The translations under genes and the position numbers were made by a program. Positions 23,601 to 31,268 of a stretch of DNA of 64,000 nt are shown here, in pieces. The stretch lies in the IMG/VR virus record IMGVR_UViG_3300042691_032784, positions 1 to 64,000 of that record. One strand, given 5' to 3'. A model generated the notes under the pieces. The model made no database searches and was not told the DNA's origin. It was given only the letters and a program-made list of their open reading frames with translations. Source of the stretch: a virus. Each line of letters opens with the position of its first letter. Within the stretch, counting starts at the first letter, position 1.

Positions 23601-26600
23601 TTGCAGATAAAGGTGAACAAGATTTACAAGTAGTTAATGATATGTTAAAAAGACCTTTAACTTCTGAAGATATTGTTTATGCTAGAAGTATTATTAATTT
23701 TTGGAAAAATTCTAAAGAGTTATTATTTAATGATATTGCTAAAAAATCTAAAATATTAGTAGAAGCTTTTACTGATTTAGAAGTAGAAGCAGGATTTTTA
23801 GCTGATGAATTATTAAGAATTGAGAAAGAATTTTTACAAGAATTTGTTAAAAAATATATAGGTAAAGAAACTGATATAGATAAAATATTTGAAGATTATA
23901 AAGATATTAATTTTTTACAATCTAATTTTAGAGATATTAGTACTTATGATAATGAAATTTTAACTTCTATTTGGAGTGCTGTTAAACAAGCTAATATTAA
24001 TGCTCAAGATGAATTTAATCAAAAATTAGAAGGTTTTGATAAATTATTAGATAAAGTACTACCTATATTAAAATCTTTTGGTAATAAAGAATTATTTGAA
24101 GTTTTTAGACAAAAGAAAACTAATGGTAAGTTAACTGGACATTTAGTTAATCCTTATTCTAATTTATTTTATAAAGATAAAAATAAAGTTATTAGTAATT
24201 TAATTAAAGATAATAAATTTGAAAATTATATTAATTTAACTAATTTTATTAAAACTGTTGGAGAAAATACTAATTTAAGTTTAATTTTTCCTGCTAATGG
24301 TGAAATAACTGATGAGGTTATTAAAGCAAGAGAAGAATTAAAAAATAAATTAGGTCAAGGTGCTTATAATCTTTATATTAAAAAACAAGAAAAAAGATTA
24401 AAATCTTATCAAGAACATAAAGATGGTTATATTGAAGTATTATTAGATAGATATAATTTAAAAGATAGAGAAGATATTTTAAATAATGAAGAAGCTAAAA
24501 GAAAATATGAAAATTGGCAACTAGCTAATAGTCCATATGAATTAGAAAAACATTCATTTAATAAAATTAATAATAGATTAAGTAATTTTACTGATTTTCA
24601 ATCTCATAAATTTTATGAAATTATACCTATTAAAGAAGATAAAACAATTAATTATTTTGATAGTAATTTTGATATTATTAGTAATAATAATGATTTATAT
24701 GAATTTTATTCTTTTATTGAAAGTACTTTTGATGACCTTAGAAAGTTTGTTCCTGATGAACAACAAAAAGCTTTAGCTTATGGTGGTTTACCTTATATTG
24801 AAAAGACTTTAATAGAGATGTTTAATGAAAGAGGTATGCATTTAGGTTATAAACCTATTTATGATGCTTTTATTGAATCTATGCAAAGTTCATTTTCTGA
24901 TAATACTAATGCTGTTCTTGACCCTGTTACCGGACAACCTGAACAAGATATGAGAATACCTATTATTAAAGATAATTATCAATTTGTTAAAGATTATATT
25001 AATAAAAGAACTATTGAATATGTATCTATTAATAAAAAACAACCTAGTGTTGAATATATACAAGAATTTGAAGAAGATGCAGTTCATGAATACTCTCAAA
25101 AGAAATCTTTTGATTTAGGTAAAGTAGTTAAATCTTATACTGCTTTAGTATTAGCTCATAAACATAAAGCTAAAATTGAAGATAGTATTAAAATTGCTAA
25201 TACTGTAATAGATTCTTATAAAGAATCTTATTATAGACCTGATGGTATACCAATTACTAATAAAAGTGGTATTATTATGAAAAAACAAGAATCTGAATCT
25301 TTTCTTAAATTAAAAGAAGCTTTAGATAATTATACTAAAGCTAATATTTATAATGATATTAGAGAAGAAGAAGGTAAAGGTAAAAAGATATTAACACCTA
25401 CTGAAAAAGAAGAGAAGAAAGATTTAGAAAATAAATTAGAGCAATTACAAGAAGATTTAGCTAATAATGTTATAACACAAGAAGATTATGATACTACATT
25501 TAATTTAATTGTAGAACAATTAGCTAATCAAGGTAAAACTTTTATATATTCTAAAGCAGGTGATAATATGCTTAAATATTTACAACTTAAATTAATGGGT
25601 TGGAATGTATTAGGAGGTATTAGTAATATGGGATTTGGTTGGATTGCTAATTATATTGAAGCTGCTGATGGTAGATTATATAGTAAACGTAATTTAAACT
25701 ATGGTTATAAATTAGTGTTAAATAGTATTGGTAAAAATGTAAGTTTTAATTATAATACAGGATTATATAATTCTGAAACAGCCAATAAAATTAGAAGTGC
25801 TATGGATAAATGGGATGTATTAAAAGATGCTTCTAATGAATTATATACTAATACTACATCTAATAGTTTTAATAAAAGATTAAAATGGTTAGCTCCTTAT
25901 AATATGCAACAACGTACTGAATATATAAATCAAGCACCTTTATTAATTGCTTTAGCTAAAGAAACTAAAGTTAATACAATTAAAGGAGAAGTTAGTATTT
26001 GGGATGCTATGGATAATGATTTTAATTGGAATACTGCTGAATATGGAGAAGCTCCAACTGAAGTTATTACTAAATTAAGACTTAAATTAGATCAAATAAT
26101 TAAACGTAATCATGGTAATTATGACCCTTTATCTACTATTAATGCTAAAAGAACTTTTTTAGGTAGAGCAGGATTACAATTTAGAACTTGGATGTTAGAA
26201 GCTATTGCAGTTAGAGCTGAAAAAGAAAGATTTGATGATATATTAGGAATTACTGTAAAAGGTAGATATAGAAGTGTGGGTACTGTTTATAGTAATACTA
26301 ATATAGGTAAATTTGCTTTAGAATTTTTTAAAGGTCTAATAAATAAATATAGTTTTGGTTTATATAAAAATGGTAATTTTGAAGGATTAGTAGATGGAGA
26401 AAATATTAAAGAAGTTGATGCTGCTAATATGAGAAAAGTTATTACTGAAGTTAGTATGGCTATTAATTTATATATTTTATTACTTCTTGCAGCAGGATTA
26501 AAAGATGATGATGATGAAAATAATGCAGCATTAAATGTATTAATGAATCAAGGTATTAGATTAAGAACAGATTTATTATTATATGTTAATCCTATGGAAG

Positions 26601-26824
26601 CAAGAAATTTAATTAGAGATATTATTCCTGCTACTGCAATTATTAAAGATATTTGGGAATGGATTGAATCTGTTGGTACTTTAGTAATTGGAGAAGATGA
26701 AATTAAAGCTGGTGTACATAGTGGTAATAGTAAATTTGTTAAAGAAACTTTACAAATGTTACCATTTGGAACTAAAGCATATTCATTATATAATTCAAGT
26801 ACACAAGTATTTGAAAAACGATAA
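11627..26824 (+). CDS. Giant virion-packaged DNA-dependent RNA polymerase polyprotein
   Basis: 5065 aa; catalytic GSDFDVDKLY (DFDVD at 20027-20041), YRIPTQ, DAQEY, QPMKPVY, SAVKVG, AALDNEKE motifs of crAss-like virion RNAPs; zincin-like segment near 22.75 kb. Confidence 0.92.
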   Translation: MDNLKESTPNTGTDLTSDLLAEITSKNSLGFSADNNNDTDPKKKTSKVETPTDSKTLGMPTTSSISLLDGMSRFAHQRVEAGAERDTKVNLDELAGYLNTDFISSREAAFGERARNQSNWEQARNMFGRIGANVLPEVLSNIVSAFDINSYYENESQINNTVVEYLKSIQDNVNKTLPIYRENPDKPLDIGDAAYWFESGGNLVTSAVGFVGAGYVTGGGVGTIFSKAGQAAKWINTLGKATRLGDKGINTVRGATTLTNALMLNQAESFGIGVDTYNQVYNNKLTELRANPENSKLSDVEIDTLAKQKASEAAASAINFNRINILLNLSSANLFLKTPIGTRALIEAPSRLKTLKGIGLEGLQEAAEENINMIAQNQAVEENYTFKDALNDVGSREGLESTILGFIGGAGQTALTKAGKMLPIYKNTAFRNEYNNAYSKLIQEGYSSEEADAKSQEIALNKVKSSSNRVSDNFIRQQRYILQQQQIEENNNLGKVSKINDVTSVFYNAQEETELYNNLADAVKEKDTIKIETLQNRLLYHQAYKNFELGTTDSLIELYNSLGNLSKEEAEEKGLYNRQDEGTEDDYRTKAKNAVKTIEQLERIYLESKKYINSNEVYGTQVEKLDLDTKIEKRQKEALAVIEQAKVDLKNKPEFLPGDTYLVDGIITRDSLNKVTPRFRQTGAYRKFKDKVLSLGILQDTHANVQQHLDNITRKEYQDFLAKVFKDMKEAEVNKRKQKDIDNKKKESKDKINKIVKNIENKIDVSPVENSVEVETDIIGNEVVEETNIQNNVPVVDIPTEQQSTIVEPINNNQLINDLNITANFPVFNEPELDNNLQAIKNAVENPNEDVDKLHTNLINFTNSFSNASFNLKQQYPLWGKDIDSTISELNRLINIFKDKINSINNISSNLKQDITGFVDELFEDNNTDIESDDNPDTVPNFAKTLKQAKDLFNLLQKLSSAGVDIYNFREVIITMENVVGKENIISVFNKIKNVYNLALETNIEGSYEELILEKYQNRGLLNRVKRLSMFNIPKGLYNFTLDKITQDNLELFNTLGKLQGINAETSGFVFKTYNETGSNLLAYLSKLYQFGFTPKQTNNGDSYIEVTEQDINNLLNDKFDKRILSPKFLNVGTEITFVPLSEVTLEDGTILSRANTTIDDAPIGIKINDELIEGLYLHDVSWINATRLNNTIKGIEEDQNKLRALRKYILESETPIKTKIISRSPGVPILDSTAQLKPVNINMPGVGIVISKNGKFYDSNDTVIQAVNTKVFDEGKTGIVIPFGKSKLVLPVKRNKLQDVYIDSIISALETFIKGKKNNISSEIEKLLGINILTQNGFEEYITQFIQNTYSTSKNFEEFKESLETVPERVNLINFRNGNLYYGYGLNDKSNYISKNKYANVNDFNQDILHFRQHLKDTYFNVNLDNLKSNKKIILIENNVVTSYQGNYNDFVSENLLTSYLSFELDNGERIYTIQSKLNFDIDSTGFNSIETNKKEEQIKYEESQNTEVVKDINTNPGIQKLPDGSTFNIDEIDFDANPDITNQEEINFDYLLESSNLIKGVPINIYNNLIESISSRFYTDALEENQEDNISIKSIEKEVNLFIQSLELLKDSYKTAFELGRAINLEEINNQLDALINNKEKIIKAVRKRIAKKGMNLATISDLSENDIILTREESDKNNWLDIDFYKVDPRTTLTKEVKNFLEGIKDYKIVRTEKGETYVPKKNILNNNIIIPFDNIYITLTKILVKSNDNIINLNYDTVIKLLKEELSVKPYLFDVINKLEESDNHFKNAFVTSFNKHHSNHLYLSVNYDNVNKEYTFIPTPASSKNISNLVLSEWQNNLKYKNVFIQDGNTVKINKEFIKQFEKQYEAILNNPQLINRTKDWLESIGIVIPDIVQNNFMLYGMYRDGQLLTMHQHFDLSNGIFKNIKNRIVQFANDNKEVNPEVEYDINTLNVFSDSSITDLAKTVAKYRNDLFQDNFKNGNGDTVHSYVNNKYAIDRFFKLKDDNLSLQYLLDIPYSAGSIWFNNLIKTNDEGIRYLNKEGIMYKYFKYYTADSIKYQNNKLGKVIDTLSESQLEDFKLGLFLNRGLKVGKGNNKIPIMKVLYPTMSDKSNIFIFQVPRVEYKFPNGKLSDNDRLDLVKILFYPEIDRIKQYQLKKGNFNNKEYNKGGGRFISFPLLNDIKELWNEDGTLKEEVGTLAEYDVILTKQLSRILSNIIQEKRQVWKDAGIIKTNKKGEEYLKIDKDYKNEFGNNVDSILKNYVINTTIANLNFQQLFIGDPALFTKDANIKSDSSLINEVGQNIANSIITSDNQGKRLAMDNAGKVSIIAEENETLNWLVIDDVKMKSTASTYIESLFKGTNVVDKYNSIDASDAQEYTTLEEHLKVMFKAGKITEDNMNRILDIYNKTGKVELSDKNMILQPMKPVYGNNFLYNDIDTRLYVKSSSIPLIAELTKDTALDGLRLLMEGSSGTKIDRVAFASAVKVGQPANIPQVFTDNGNTFKLPKDWRKGLLLGIPREGHGIQQEVPYDEDKNEVNDGTQQSKLLFNNILDVEGFIHPETGESVNGRTLLESYNNNYKQLFFNKYDKLLKDLDFNTESGQIGNLSKLKNILVEEGLARNYNINDINSFSLDELALNFSVPIWLNNSENKISALLNSIVDNRIRKRKVRGKSFVLASQVGLGTIDSINENNIIKHPNWDGTLKASMEKDGTITYAEVLVPFKFWNSEGNSLKIQDFIKDGVIDINKIPEQLLTSFGYRIPTQGLNSMSTIKIVGFLPDSYEDIVIAPADFVIQMGSDFDVDKLYTHMYKSTYNEDTKSLEIISKKHLNKKNTIKNSIEIINKRLKDLRNELGSKTAILDKNKALRLNTAENIQKEIDILQVKIYAFVSQRNIFLSNNLLNMDIENSILENNILDIHFSVLNNPAKEVQKARINPLGFGNLPSLVNKVSKNINKTTFSPFNDNYQSYKYTNARAGKNAVGLFSLDSVFNAVLQYIEGNVNFYKTTKEGIEIDYNLNIAGYNNVNLNNPNSSVPGKYKSDVISAFQSAALDNEKEQLLGKLNINSNTFDTIRAMSLMGFDENIIIAFINQPIIIEYFNKAIEIPSFNENFKILLKKTSLEKMFNNIKDGNIDTEYQKAVLYYFNDLSNKGAILKQIQSTINSDSSGIGKNFFYSLTKGDQILTLPKYDSDIRNISKLIGDYSTSPLEDSVDYKGTYIKPNSISGFASTFGVLTNNKLWNNFYLYNKGKIRAIFTAIIESQNETYNTIQKQADALNRVTNSFKSFLSSNTFHLWGKDTQTVNDLRYNLLYDTETNMSLGSIINNLTQKDKPFTNPLLDRLQIGRNNVTNTFLGRIPTVINYYNAGSIEMNEEIIINSIIDMLVNNTYLGVYNNKNYTTRNLAEDLIAYQMITSGIQQSNNFIKFIPIEYLKNIGYYNNMIANYQLFTNEDFVNSVSEAFYTQYIQHNPDEFYNEEIAKNYEVVDGKLFSNGTIKRPLVVLSGLMPNSYRIFKYNKDIKDFVELDTLGYKGLQEYDMWSSFAGKSTVYIQQVNNNIDVLNKSNLPVFINNKFKEPNTEYIPDEKNINDFLSLDRDTEQDNSPLVYNTNTSDLSKKYYLTDTSLPIAEKYKHILRKIRKNSDNTILSYFAGKVSEIIPVLNDIPLYVDTNLQAKGRLYKSKVFGEPYQIRINPNKIKTEEELQRVLLEEIVHAITAMEVDKGNSTFIKNLELLRQDAIKFAKSKYGEGIIDIVNDKVKTKKPLITGTESNIIYNLSNLQEFIAASINNVEFQKFLNSINVSDKTKSLWKRLIDAITSLLESLGVKKDSNLSVALHEIINLFDNVIKPTIYSNFNKPKFVRTVEYLNNKFNLVNNEGILIQKANAEQIVNFINNNIVNVIAKEQNGTVIIEPNRLIDYSFDSNYETEYEIIESTPVNFPSYKQALELRVKKLRTAIKKAKDEDNFVRVSQLDEVYKKDKDLLSRIDDINFLGDIADKGEQDLQVVNDMLKRPLTSEDIVYARSIINFWKNSKELLFNDIAKKSKILVEAFTDLEVEAGFLADELLRIEKEFLQEFVKKYIGKETDIDKIFEDYKDINFLQSNFRDISTYDNEILTSIWSAVKQANINAQDEFNQKLEGFDKLLDKVLPILKSFGNKELFEVFRQKKTNGKLTGHLVNPYSNLFYKDKNKVISNLIKDNKFENYINLTNFIKTVGENTNLSLIFPANGEITDEVIKAREELKNKLGQGAYNLYIKKQEKRLKSYQEHKDGYIEVLLDRYNLKDREDILNNEEAKRKYENWQLANSPYELEKHSFNKINNRLSNFTDFQSHKFYEIIPIKEDKTINYFDSNFDIISNNNDLYEFYSFIESTFDDLRKFVPDEQQKALAYGGLPYIEKTLIEMFNERGMHLGYKPIYDAFIESMQSSFSDNTNAVLDPVTGQPEQDMRIPIIKDNYQFVKDYINKRTIEYVSINKKQPSVEYIQEFEEDAVHEYSQKKSFDLGKVVKSYTALVLAHKHKAKIEDSIKIANTVIDSYKESYYRPDGIPITNKSGIIMKKQESESFLKLKEALDNYTKANIYNDIREEEGKGKKILTPTEKEEKKDLENKLEQLQEDLANNVITQEDYDTTFNLIVEQLANQGKTFIYSKAGDNMLKYLQLKLMGWNVLGGISNMGFGWIANYIEAADGRLYSKRNLNYGYKLVLNSIGKNVSFNYNTGLYNSETANKIRSAMDKWDVLKDASNELYTNTTSNSFNKRLKWLAPYNMQQRTEYINQAPLLIALAKETKVNTIKGEVSIWDAMDNDFNWNTAEYGEAPTEVITKLRLKLDQIIKRNHGNYDPLSTINAKRTFLGRAGLQFRTWMLEAIAVRAEKERFDDILGITVKGRYRSVGTVYSNTNIGKFALEFFKGLINKYSFGLYKNGNFEGLVDGENIKEVDAANMRKVITEVSMAINLYILLLLAAGLKDDDDENNAALNVLMNQGIRLRTDLLLYVNPMEARNLIRDIIPATAIIKDIWEWIESVGTLVIGEDEIKAGVHSGNSKFVKETLQMLPFGTKAYSLYNSSTQVFEKR
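13920..13944 (-). repeat. Dispersed motif copy 4
   Basis: reverse complement tcaacactattttctacgggggaaa. Confidence 0.8.
14245..14268 (+). repeat. Dispersed motif copy 5
   Basis: acaacaatatcctctatggggaaa. Confidence 0.8.
21241..21263 (-). repeat. Dispersed motif copy 6
   Basis: reverse complement caacactatcttctaaaggggaa. Confidence 0.8.
21492..21516 (+). repeat. Dispersed motif copy 7
   Basis: ccaacacattccatctatggggaaa. Confidence 0.8.
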
Positions 26825-26859
26825 GAAGTACTAACTAGGTTTGCAAATTTTTTACTAAT

Positions 26860-26890
26860 AAAAGAGGCTCAATTAAGAGCCTCTTTTTTT
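26860..26890. terminator. Bidirectional intrinsic terminator between the convergent gene blocks
   Basis: aaaagaggctc-aattaa-gagcctctttttttt; A-tract on the left, T-tract on the right. Confidence 0.85.
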
Positions 26891-27246
26891 ATTTCTTCTA
26901 ATGATTGTAAATTAGTATTATTAGGATTTTCTTTAAATTTATTTAAACTAATATATAAATTTTGATTTTTAACTTTTAAATATAATTTACCATAAAATTT
27001 TACTTTAGGAGATTTATATCCTTCTCTAATTCTAACATAAGCATTACCACTAGAATCTACTGAAAAAACTTTATAGAATTTATTTTTAACAAAAATATAA
27101 TAAGTAGTTTCATAATTTACTTTAGTATATTTTTTTAATAATTCTTTAGATTTTACATTATGTGATAAAGCTCTATTATTAAAATATAAAATTATTATTA
27201 ATAATAACATTATAGCTATTATAATTATTAATATGTTATTACTCAT
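26869..27246 (-). CDS. Hypothetical protein with N-terminal membrane anchor
   Basis: ILIIIIAIMLLLIIILYF segment. Confidence 0.6.
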   Translation of the reverse strand: MSNNILIIIIAIMLLLIIILYFNNRALSHNVKSKELLKKYTKVNYETTYYIFVKNKFYKVFSVDSSGNAYVRIREGYKSPKVKFYGKLYLKVKNQNLYISLNKFKENPNNTNLQSLEEIKKEALN

Positions 27247-27252
27247 ATTAAA

Positions 27253-27810
27253 TTATTTAATAGATTTATAAATATTTTTTATTAATTCAAAATCTTCATT
27301 TGTTTTAGTTTTATCAATATTATAATTTTCTATAAAAAGTTTAGAATTAAAATAATCATTAATTATAGTTTTTAAAGATTTATCATCTAATTTAAAATCT
27401 ATTTTATGTTCAATACTTTCTGAACCAAATGCATCTTTAATTATATAAGATTTTGTTTCTTTATCGTATATTACCCAAAATGATTTAGGAGTTCCTTCAT
27501 TAAGATATTGAATAAATTTAGAAGGTTCTTGGTTAAAAGATTGTAATTTAACAATTAACCATTTAAATAATAAAGATTCATTAGAATTATTTTTTCTACA
27601 TTCATCTAAATTCTTATGATAAGTATTATAAGCATCATTAGCTTGCTTTTTTAAATTAGCATGAGTAATTCTTAATTCACTATATTCATTATGAAGAAAT
27701 TGGTACTCATCAGTTTTTTTATTTATCAAATTTTCTTTTTGATTATTTTTATAAGCTAATAATATAACTAATAAAGCTAATATTATTGTAACAATTATAA
27801 GTAAGTTCAT
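27253..27810 (-). CDS. Hypothetical membrane-anchored coiled-coil protein
   Basis: N-terminal hydrophobic helix followed by coiled coil. Confidence 0.6.
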   Translation of the reverse strand: MNLLIIVTIILALLVILLAYKNNQKENLINKKTDEYQFLHNEYSELRITHANLKKQANDAYNTYHKNLDECRKNNSNESLLFKWLIVKLQSFNQEPSKFIQYLNEGTPKSFWVIYDKETKSYIIKDAFGSESIEHKIDFKLDDKSLKTIINDYFNSKLFIENYNIDKTKTNEDFELIKNIYKSIK

Positions 27811-27814
27811 AGTA

Positions 27815-28354
27815 TTAATGTATTAAATATGATATAAAATTTTCTTTAGTTTTTAATGTAGGTAATATAATAAAATCATCTATAACTCTAATATAATAAT
27901 TTCTTATATTTAAAGTATTAGCATTTATAGGATTATTATTAACTTCATCTACTAATTCATTAGTAGAAGTTATAATAAGTGATTCAAAATAACTTTGAAT
28001 TTCATCAAAATCTTTAGTAATACTAATATTATCTAATTTATATAATATACTTAAATAAGTTATTAATAAAATAAGTTTTTTATTATCTAATTTATTTTGT
28101 ATATAATATTTTAATAATGTATTAATATTATGTTTACAATGATTTTGTATAATTTCTTTATTCCATGAAACAAATAATCTTTCTGATATTTTAGTAATTT
28201 TTTCATCTAAAGTATCAGGTAAAATATTTACTAAATGGTTTGCAACATCAACTATTTCTAAGGGGGAAAATTCATCAAGTAATTTTCTACCTTCAAATGT
28301 ACTAGAATCTTCAAGACTTCTAATAATAATATTAAGTCTCTCTTGTCTTTCCAT
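27815..28354 (-). CDS. Hypothetical protein
   Basis: 179 aa ORF abutting its neighbours. Confidence 0.6.
   Translation of the reverse strand: MERQERLNIIIRSLEDSSTFEGRKLLDEFSPLEIVDVANHLVNILPDTLDEKITKISERLFVSWNKEIIQNHCKHNINTLLKYYIQNKLDNKKLILLITYLSILYKLDNISITKDFDEIQSYFESLIITSTNELVDEVNNNPINANTLNIRNYYIRVIDDFIILPTLKTKENFISYLIH
28243..28269 (+). repeat. Dispersed motif copy 8
   Basis: caacatcaactatttctaagggggaaa. Confidence 0.75.
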
Positions 28355-29379
28355 TATAATTTTAATAATTGATTAAATACATCTTGTCTAATAGTAGCAT
28401 CTCCACTATTAAATGTATTTTTAAATTTAGCATCATTAGTACGATATTCTTTAACATTTTGAAAATAGCCAGTAATACCATTATACACTCCCCAAGCTGT
28501 ACCTACTATATTTTCTTGTCCTATACCTTCATGGTAATAAGTAAGTGCTTTATTTAATAGATTTTCCCCCTTAGAAGATAGTGTTTGTTTTGAATCTCTG
28601 ACTAAACCTAATGCAGTTTCAATAATATCATAAGCAGTATCATCATTAACTTGCTTTTTACCTAATATACCAAAAGCTTCTTGATAAGCTAATGTATTTT
28701 GGTCTACAATACCTAGTATTTTTTTACTAAGTTCTAATTTAGTTTTAGCATTTTTAGTATGCATAATACTAACTTTAGTTTTGTTACCTCTTGTAGCAGC
28801 AGTTAATGTATTATTACAAACTACTCTTATTGGAGTAAACATAACTTGAATACTACTAGTACCATCATGTGACATAGTTAATAATAAATATTTATCAATT
28901 AAATCTTTATTAATTACTAATTCTTCTGTTACTTTAGCAGTAATAAATATAATTTCTCCATTACCTAATGCTCCTACTGTTTCATAAGATGCAAATTTAC
29001 CAATAATACTATCCATAAAATCAAAAGCTTCATAATTTTGAATAATATTATATTTTGCTCCTACTATTCCTAAGTACTGATTAGTATCATTTCTAACAGT
29101 TATAAATTTATCAGGAACTATAAATTCTTGTTTATAAATATTAGAATCTTTAAGTTTAACTCTTGAAATAGTATTATACTTTTTAGCATCATCAAAAGAA
29201 ATATGTTTATTATCATGATAATAAATTTTTCTTTTTTCTACTTCAAAATCTAATCCTCCTAATTTAATAGCTTCTTCAGAAGTCATAGCATCTACAACTT
29301 TACCTAAGCCATGCCATGGTACTTCTTTTTTACTAGCAAAACTAGCTCTATTATTTATAATATTAAGATTGTGTGCCAT
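28354..29379 (-). CDS. DUF932 family phage/plasmid protein
   Basis: MAHNL...PWHGLG, Y-x-I-I-Q-N, SHDGTSS, TPIRVVCNNTL, GTAWGVYNG motifs. Confidence 0.9.
   Translation of the reverse strand: MAHNLNIINNRASFASKKEVPWHGLGKVVDAMTSEEAIKLGGLDFEVEKRKIYYHDNKHISFDDAKKYNTISRVKLKDSNIYKQEFIVPDKFITVRNDTNQYLGIVGAKYNIIQNYEAFDFMDSIIGKFASYETVGALGNGEIIFITAKVTEELVINKDLIDKYLLLTMSHDGTSSIQVMFTPIRVVCNNTLTAATRGNKTKVSIMHTKNAKTKLELSKKILGIVDQNTLAYQEAFGILGKKQVNDDTAYDIIETALGLVRDSKQTLSSKGENLLNKALTYYHEGIGQENIVGTAWGVYNGITGYFQNVKEYRTNDAKFKNTFNSGDATIRQDVFNQLLKL
28563..28587 (-). repeat. Dispersed motif copy 9
   Basis: reverse complement caaacactatcttctaagggggaaa. Confidence 0.8.
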
Positions 29380-29872
29380 TTTCTCCTATTTGTTTAATTA
29401 AAGTATCTATTTGACTATTAATATTTTCTTTTTTAGATTCTAATATAAGAAGTTCATCTTTTAATAATTTATTAAGTTCTTGTTTTAAATCATTAAAATC
29501 TATAGCAAAATCATAAAATTTATTTATAATAGTATTATTTCTTGAAATATAAATAATACAACCATTATATATTATAAAACTATCTGAATCAATATTAATT
29601 GAATCAATTTTATTTAAATTAATAATAGTTTTAAATTCTTCAGTATTATAAATAAGTTTATTAAAAAAATTAGTATATTTTTCATATACTTTTATATCTA
29701 TATTGCCTTGATTAATTAAATTAAAACCAAATAAAGTAAATTGTTTATATTTAAAAATAAAATGACATTCAAATATATTAAATCTAGATTCAATTAATCC
29801 ATCAATTCTATTATCTCTATTAATTTGATATAATCTAGTACCTATTTTACCTTCTATATAATTACTTTTCAT
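29363..29872 (-). CDS. Hypothetical protein
   Basis: 169 aa ORF in operon. Confidence 0.55.
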   Translation of the reverse strand: MKSNYIEGKIGTRLYQINRDNRIDGLIESRFNIFECHFIFKYKQFTLFGFNLINQGNIDIKVYEKYTNFFNKLIYNTEEFKTIINLNKIDSINIDSDSFIIYNGCIIYISRNNTIINKFYDFAIDFNDLKQELNKLLKDELLILESKKENINSQIDTLIKQIGENGTQS

Positions 29873-30029
29873 TTTCTTTAATTTGTTTTAAAATAACTTT
29901 CCATCTAGTAATACAACTTTGAACATTATCACAATATTCTTCAAATTCTTCTTTACTAGTATAAGGTTCTGCTTTATCAATTGATGCTTCTAATTGACCA
30001 ATAACTTGTTTAACTTGTGTTTCTGTCAT
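29862..30029 (-). CDS. Small hypothetical protein (55 aa, not in ORF track)
   Basis: MTETQVKQVIGQLEASIDKAEPYTSKEEFEEYCDNVQSCITRWKVILKQIKENEK; fills the gap in the operon. Confidence 0.6.
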   Translation of the reverse strand: MTETQVKQVIGQLEASIDKAEPYTSKEEFEEYCDNVQSCITRWKVILKQIKENEK

Positions 30030-30043
30030 ATTTACTTTATTTT

Positions 30044-30322
30044 TTACGTATCAATCTTTAACTTAATAACAACAATACTATCAATAATATAATGTCTTAA
30101 TTTAATCTTAGTACCAAATAAATGATTATACATAAATTCTAGTCTTTTATTAATCTTATGAAGTAAATGATGCATACCACTACTAGTATTACTATGGTCT
30201 ACTACAAGAATTTCATGACTTTGATGTAATAAATCAATAGCAGTATCTACTTGCCTAGTAGTATTACCTACTACTCTACCTTCTCTAATAAGATGTTTAG
30301 TTTCTTCTAATAAATTAAGCAT
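30044..30322 (-). CDS. Hypothetical protein
   Basis: 92 aa ORF, GRVVGNTTRQVD segment. Confidence 0.6.
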   Translation of the reverse strand: MLNLLEETKHLIREGRVVGNTTRQVDTAIDLLHQSHEILVVDHSNTSSGMHHLLHKINKRLEFMYNHLFGTKIKLRHYIIDSIVVIKLKIDT

Positions 30323-31268
30323 TAATAATTTTCTCTTTAATTAATATTTTTTTTATTTTTTCAATTAAATCTTCAATATTACCATTATTATCAATAGTAT
30401 AATCAAATTCAGCATTATCTAATGCTGTTTCAGATTCGTGTTCTTTAATTAACCAATGTTCATCAGCATAAGTTTTTAAAGGATATTCTCCAGTATCTTT
30501 ATGTATTTGATGAAATAATTCTTTAAGTGTTAATTTATCTCCTAAATAATCATATAAAGGTTCTTTAAATCTATTAACTCTAATATTAATACCTCCTCTA
30601 CTTTTAACAGCTTCAAGTTCATTAGGAAATCTCATATCTGTAATAATCCAATTAGATTCTGATATTTCTGAAATTCTTTTTACAGAATTATTAGACATAT
30701 TCATTATATCTAAAGCTCTCCAAGTATTATTATATTCACTAAATAAACTATTAACCCAAATATTAGGATGTATAATATCTCTACCACAATTAGTACCTAA
30801 TAATTGTAGTAATAATCTAGGAGTTAATACTTTTGAAACAATCTGATAACCATTTAATTTAAGATTTTTAAAAAAATCAGAAGATTCATATCCTAATAAA
30901 GCTTCTTTTGATGAATATATTTTACCTATTCTACCTTCATTATTATTATTAGATAATTTATAATGAATTATATACCATATTCTCCATTGTTCTCCAAGTT
31001 CTTTATTCTTAAAATCATGGTCTTCTAATTGTTCTCTAGTACAACTTATAAGAATACATACCATATCTTTAAGAGTATCAGCAAACTTTTTAATTTCATA
31101 ATCAGATTCATTTAATATACTAGTTATAGCATTATTATTTTTATCAAAATGAAATTTCCACATATTACAATGCACTTTATCTGATTTATTAAGAATAGTA
31201 AGAAATTGTATAATCTTACCAACAGTATCTTTACCACTTCCTATTTTACCACTAATTCCTATTATCAT
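30315..31268 (-). CDS. Deoxynucleoside monophosphate kinase
   Basis: GISGKIGSGKDT P-loop, KFADTLK, TPRLLLQLLGT, ITDMRFPNE, HESETALD. Confidence 0.9.
   Translation of the reverse strand: MIIGISGKIGSGKDTVGKIIQFLTILNKSDKVHCNMWKFHFDKNNNAITSILNESDYEIKKFADTLKDMVCILISCTREQLEDHDFKNKELGEQWRIWYIIHYKLSNNNNEGRIGKIYSSKEALLGYESSDFFKNLKLNGYQIVSKVLTPRLLLQLLGTNCGRDIIHPNIWVNSLFSEYNNTWRALDIMNMSNNSVKRISEISESNWIITDMRFPNELEAVKSRGGINIRVNRFKEPLYDYLGDKLTLKELFHQIHKDTGEYPLKTYADEHWLIKEHESETALDNAEFDYTIDNNGNIEDLIEKIKKILIKEKIINA

Noticed and set aside
10778-25099. Short antisense ORFs (10778, 13787, 16061, 24890)
   Set aside because: Ile/Phe-rich shadows of long sense genes
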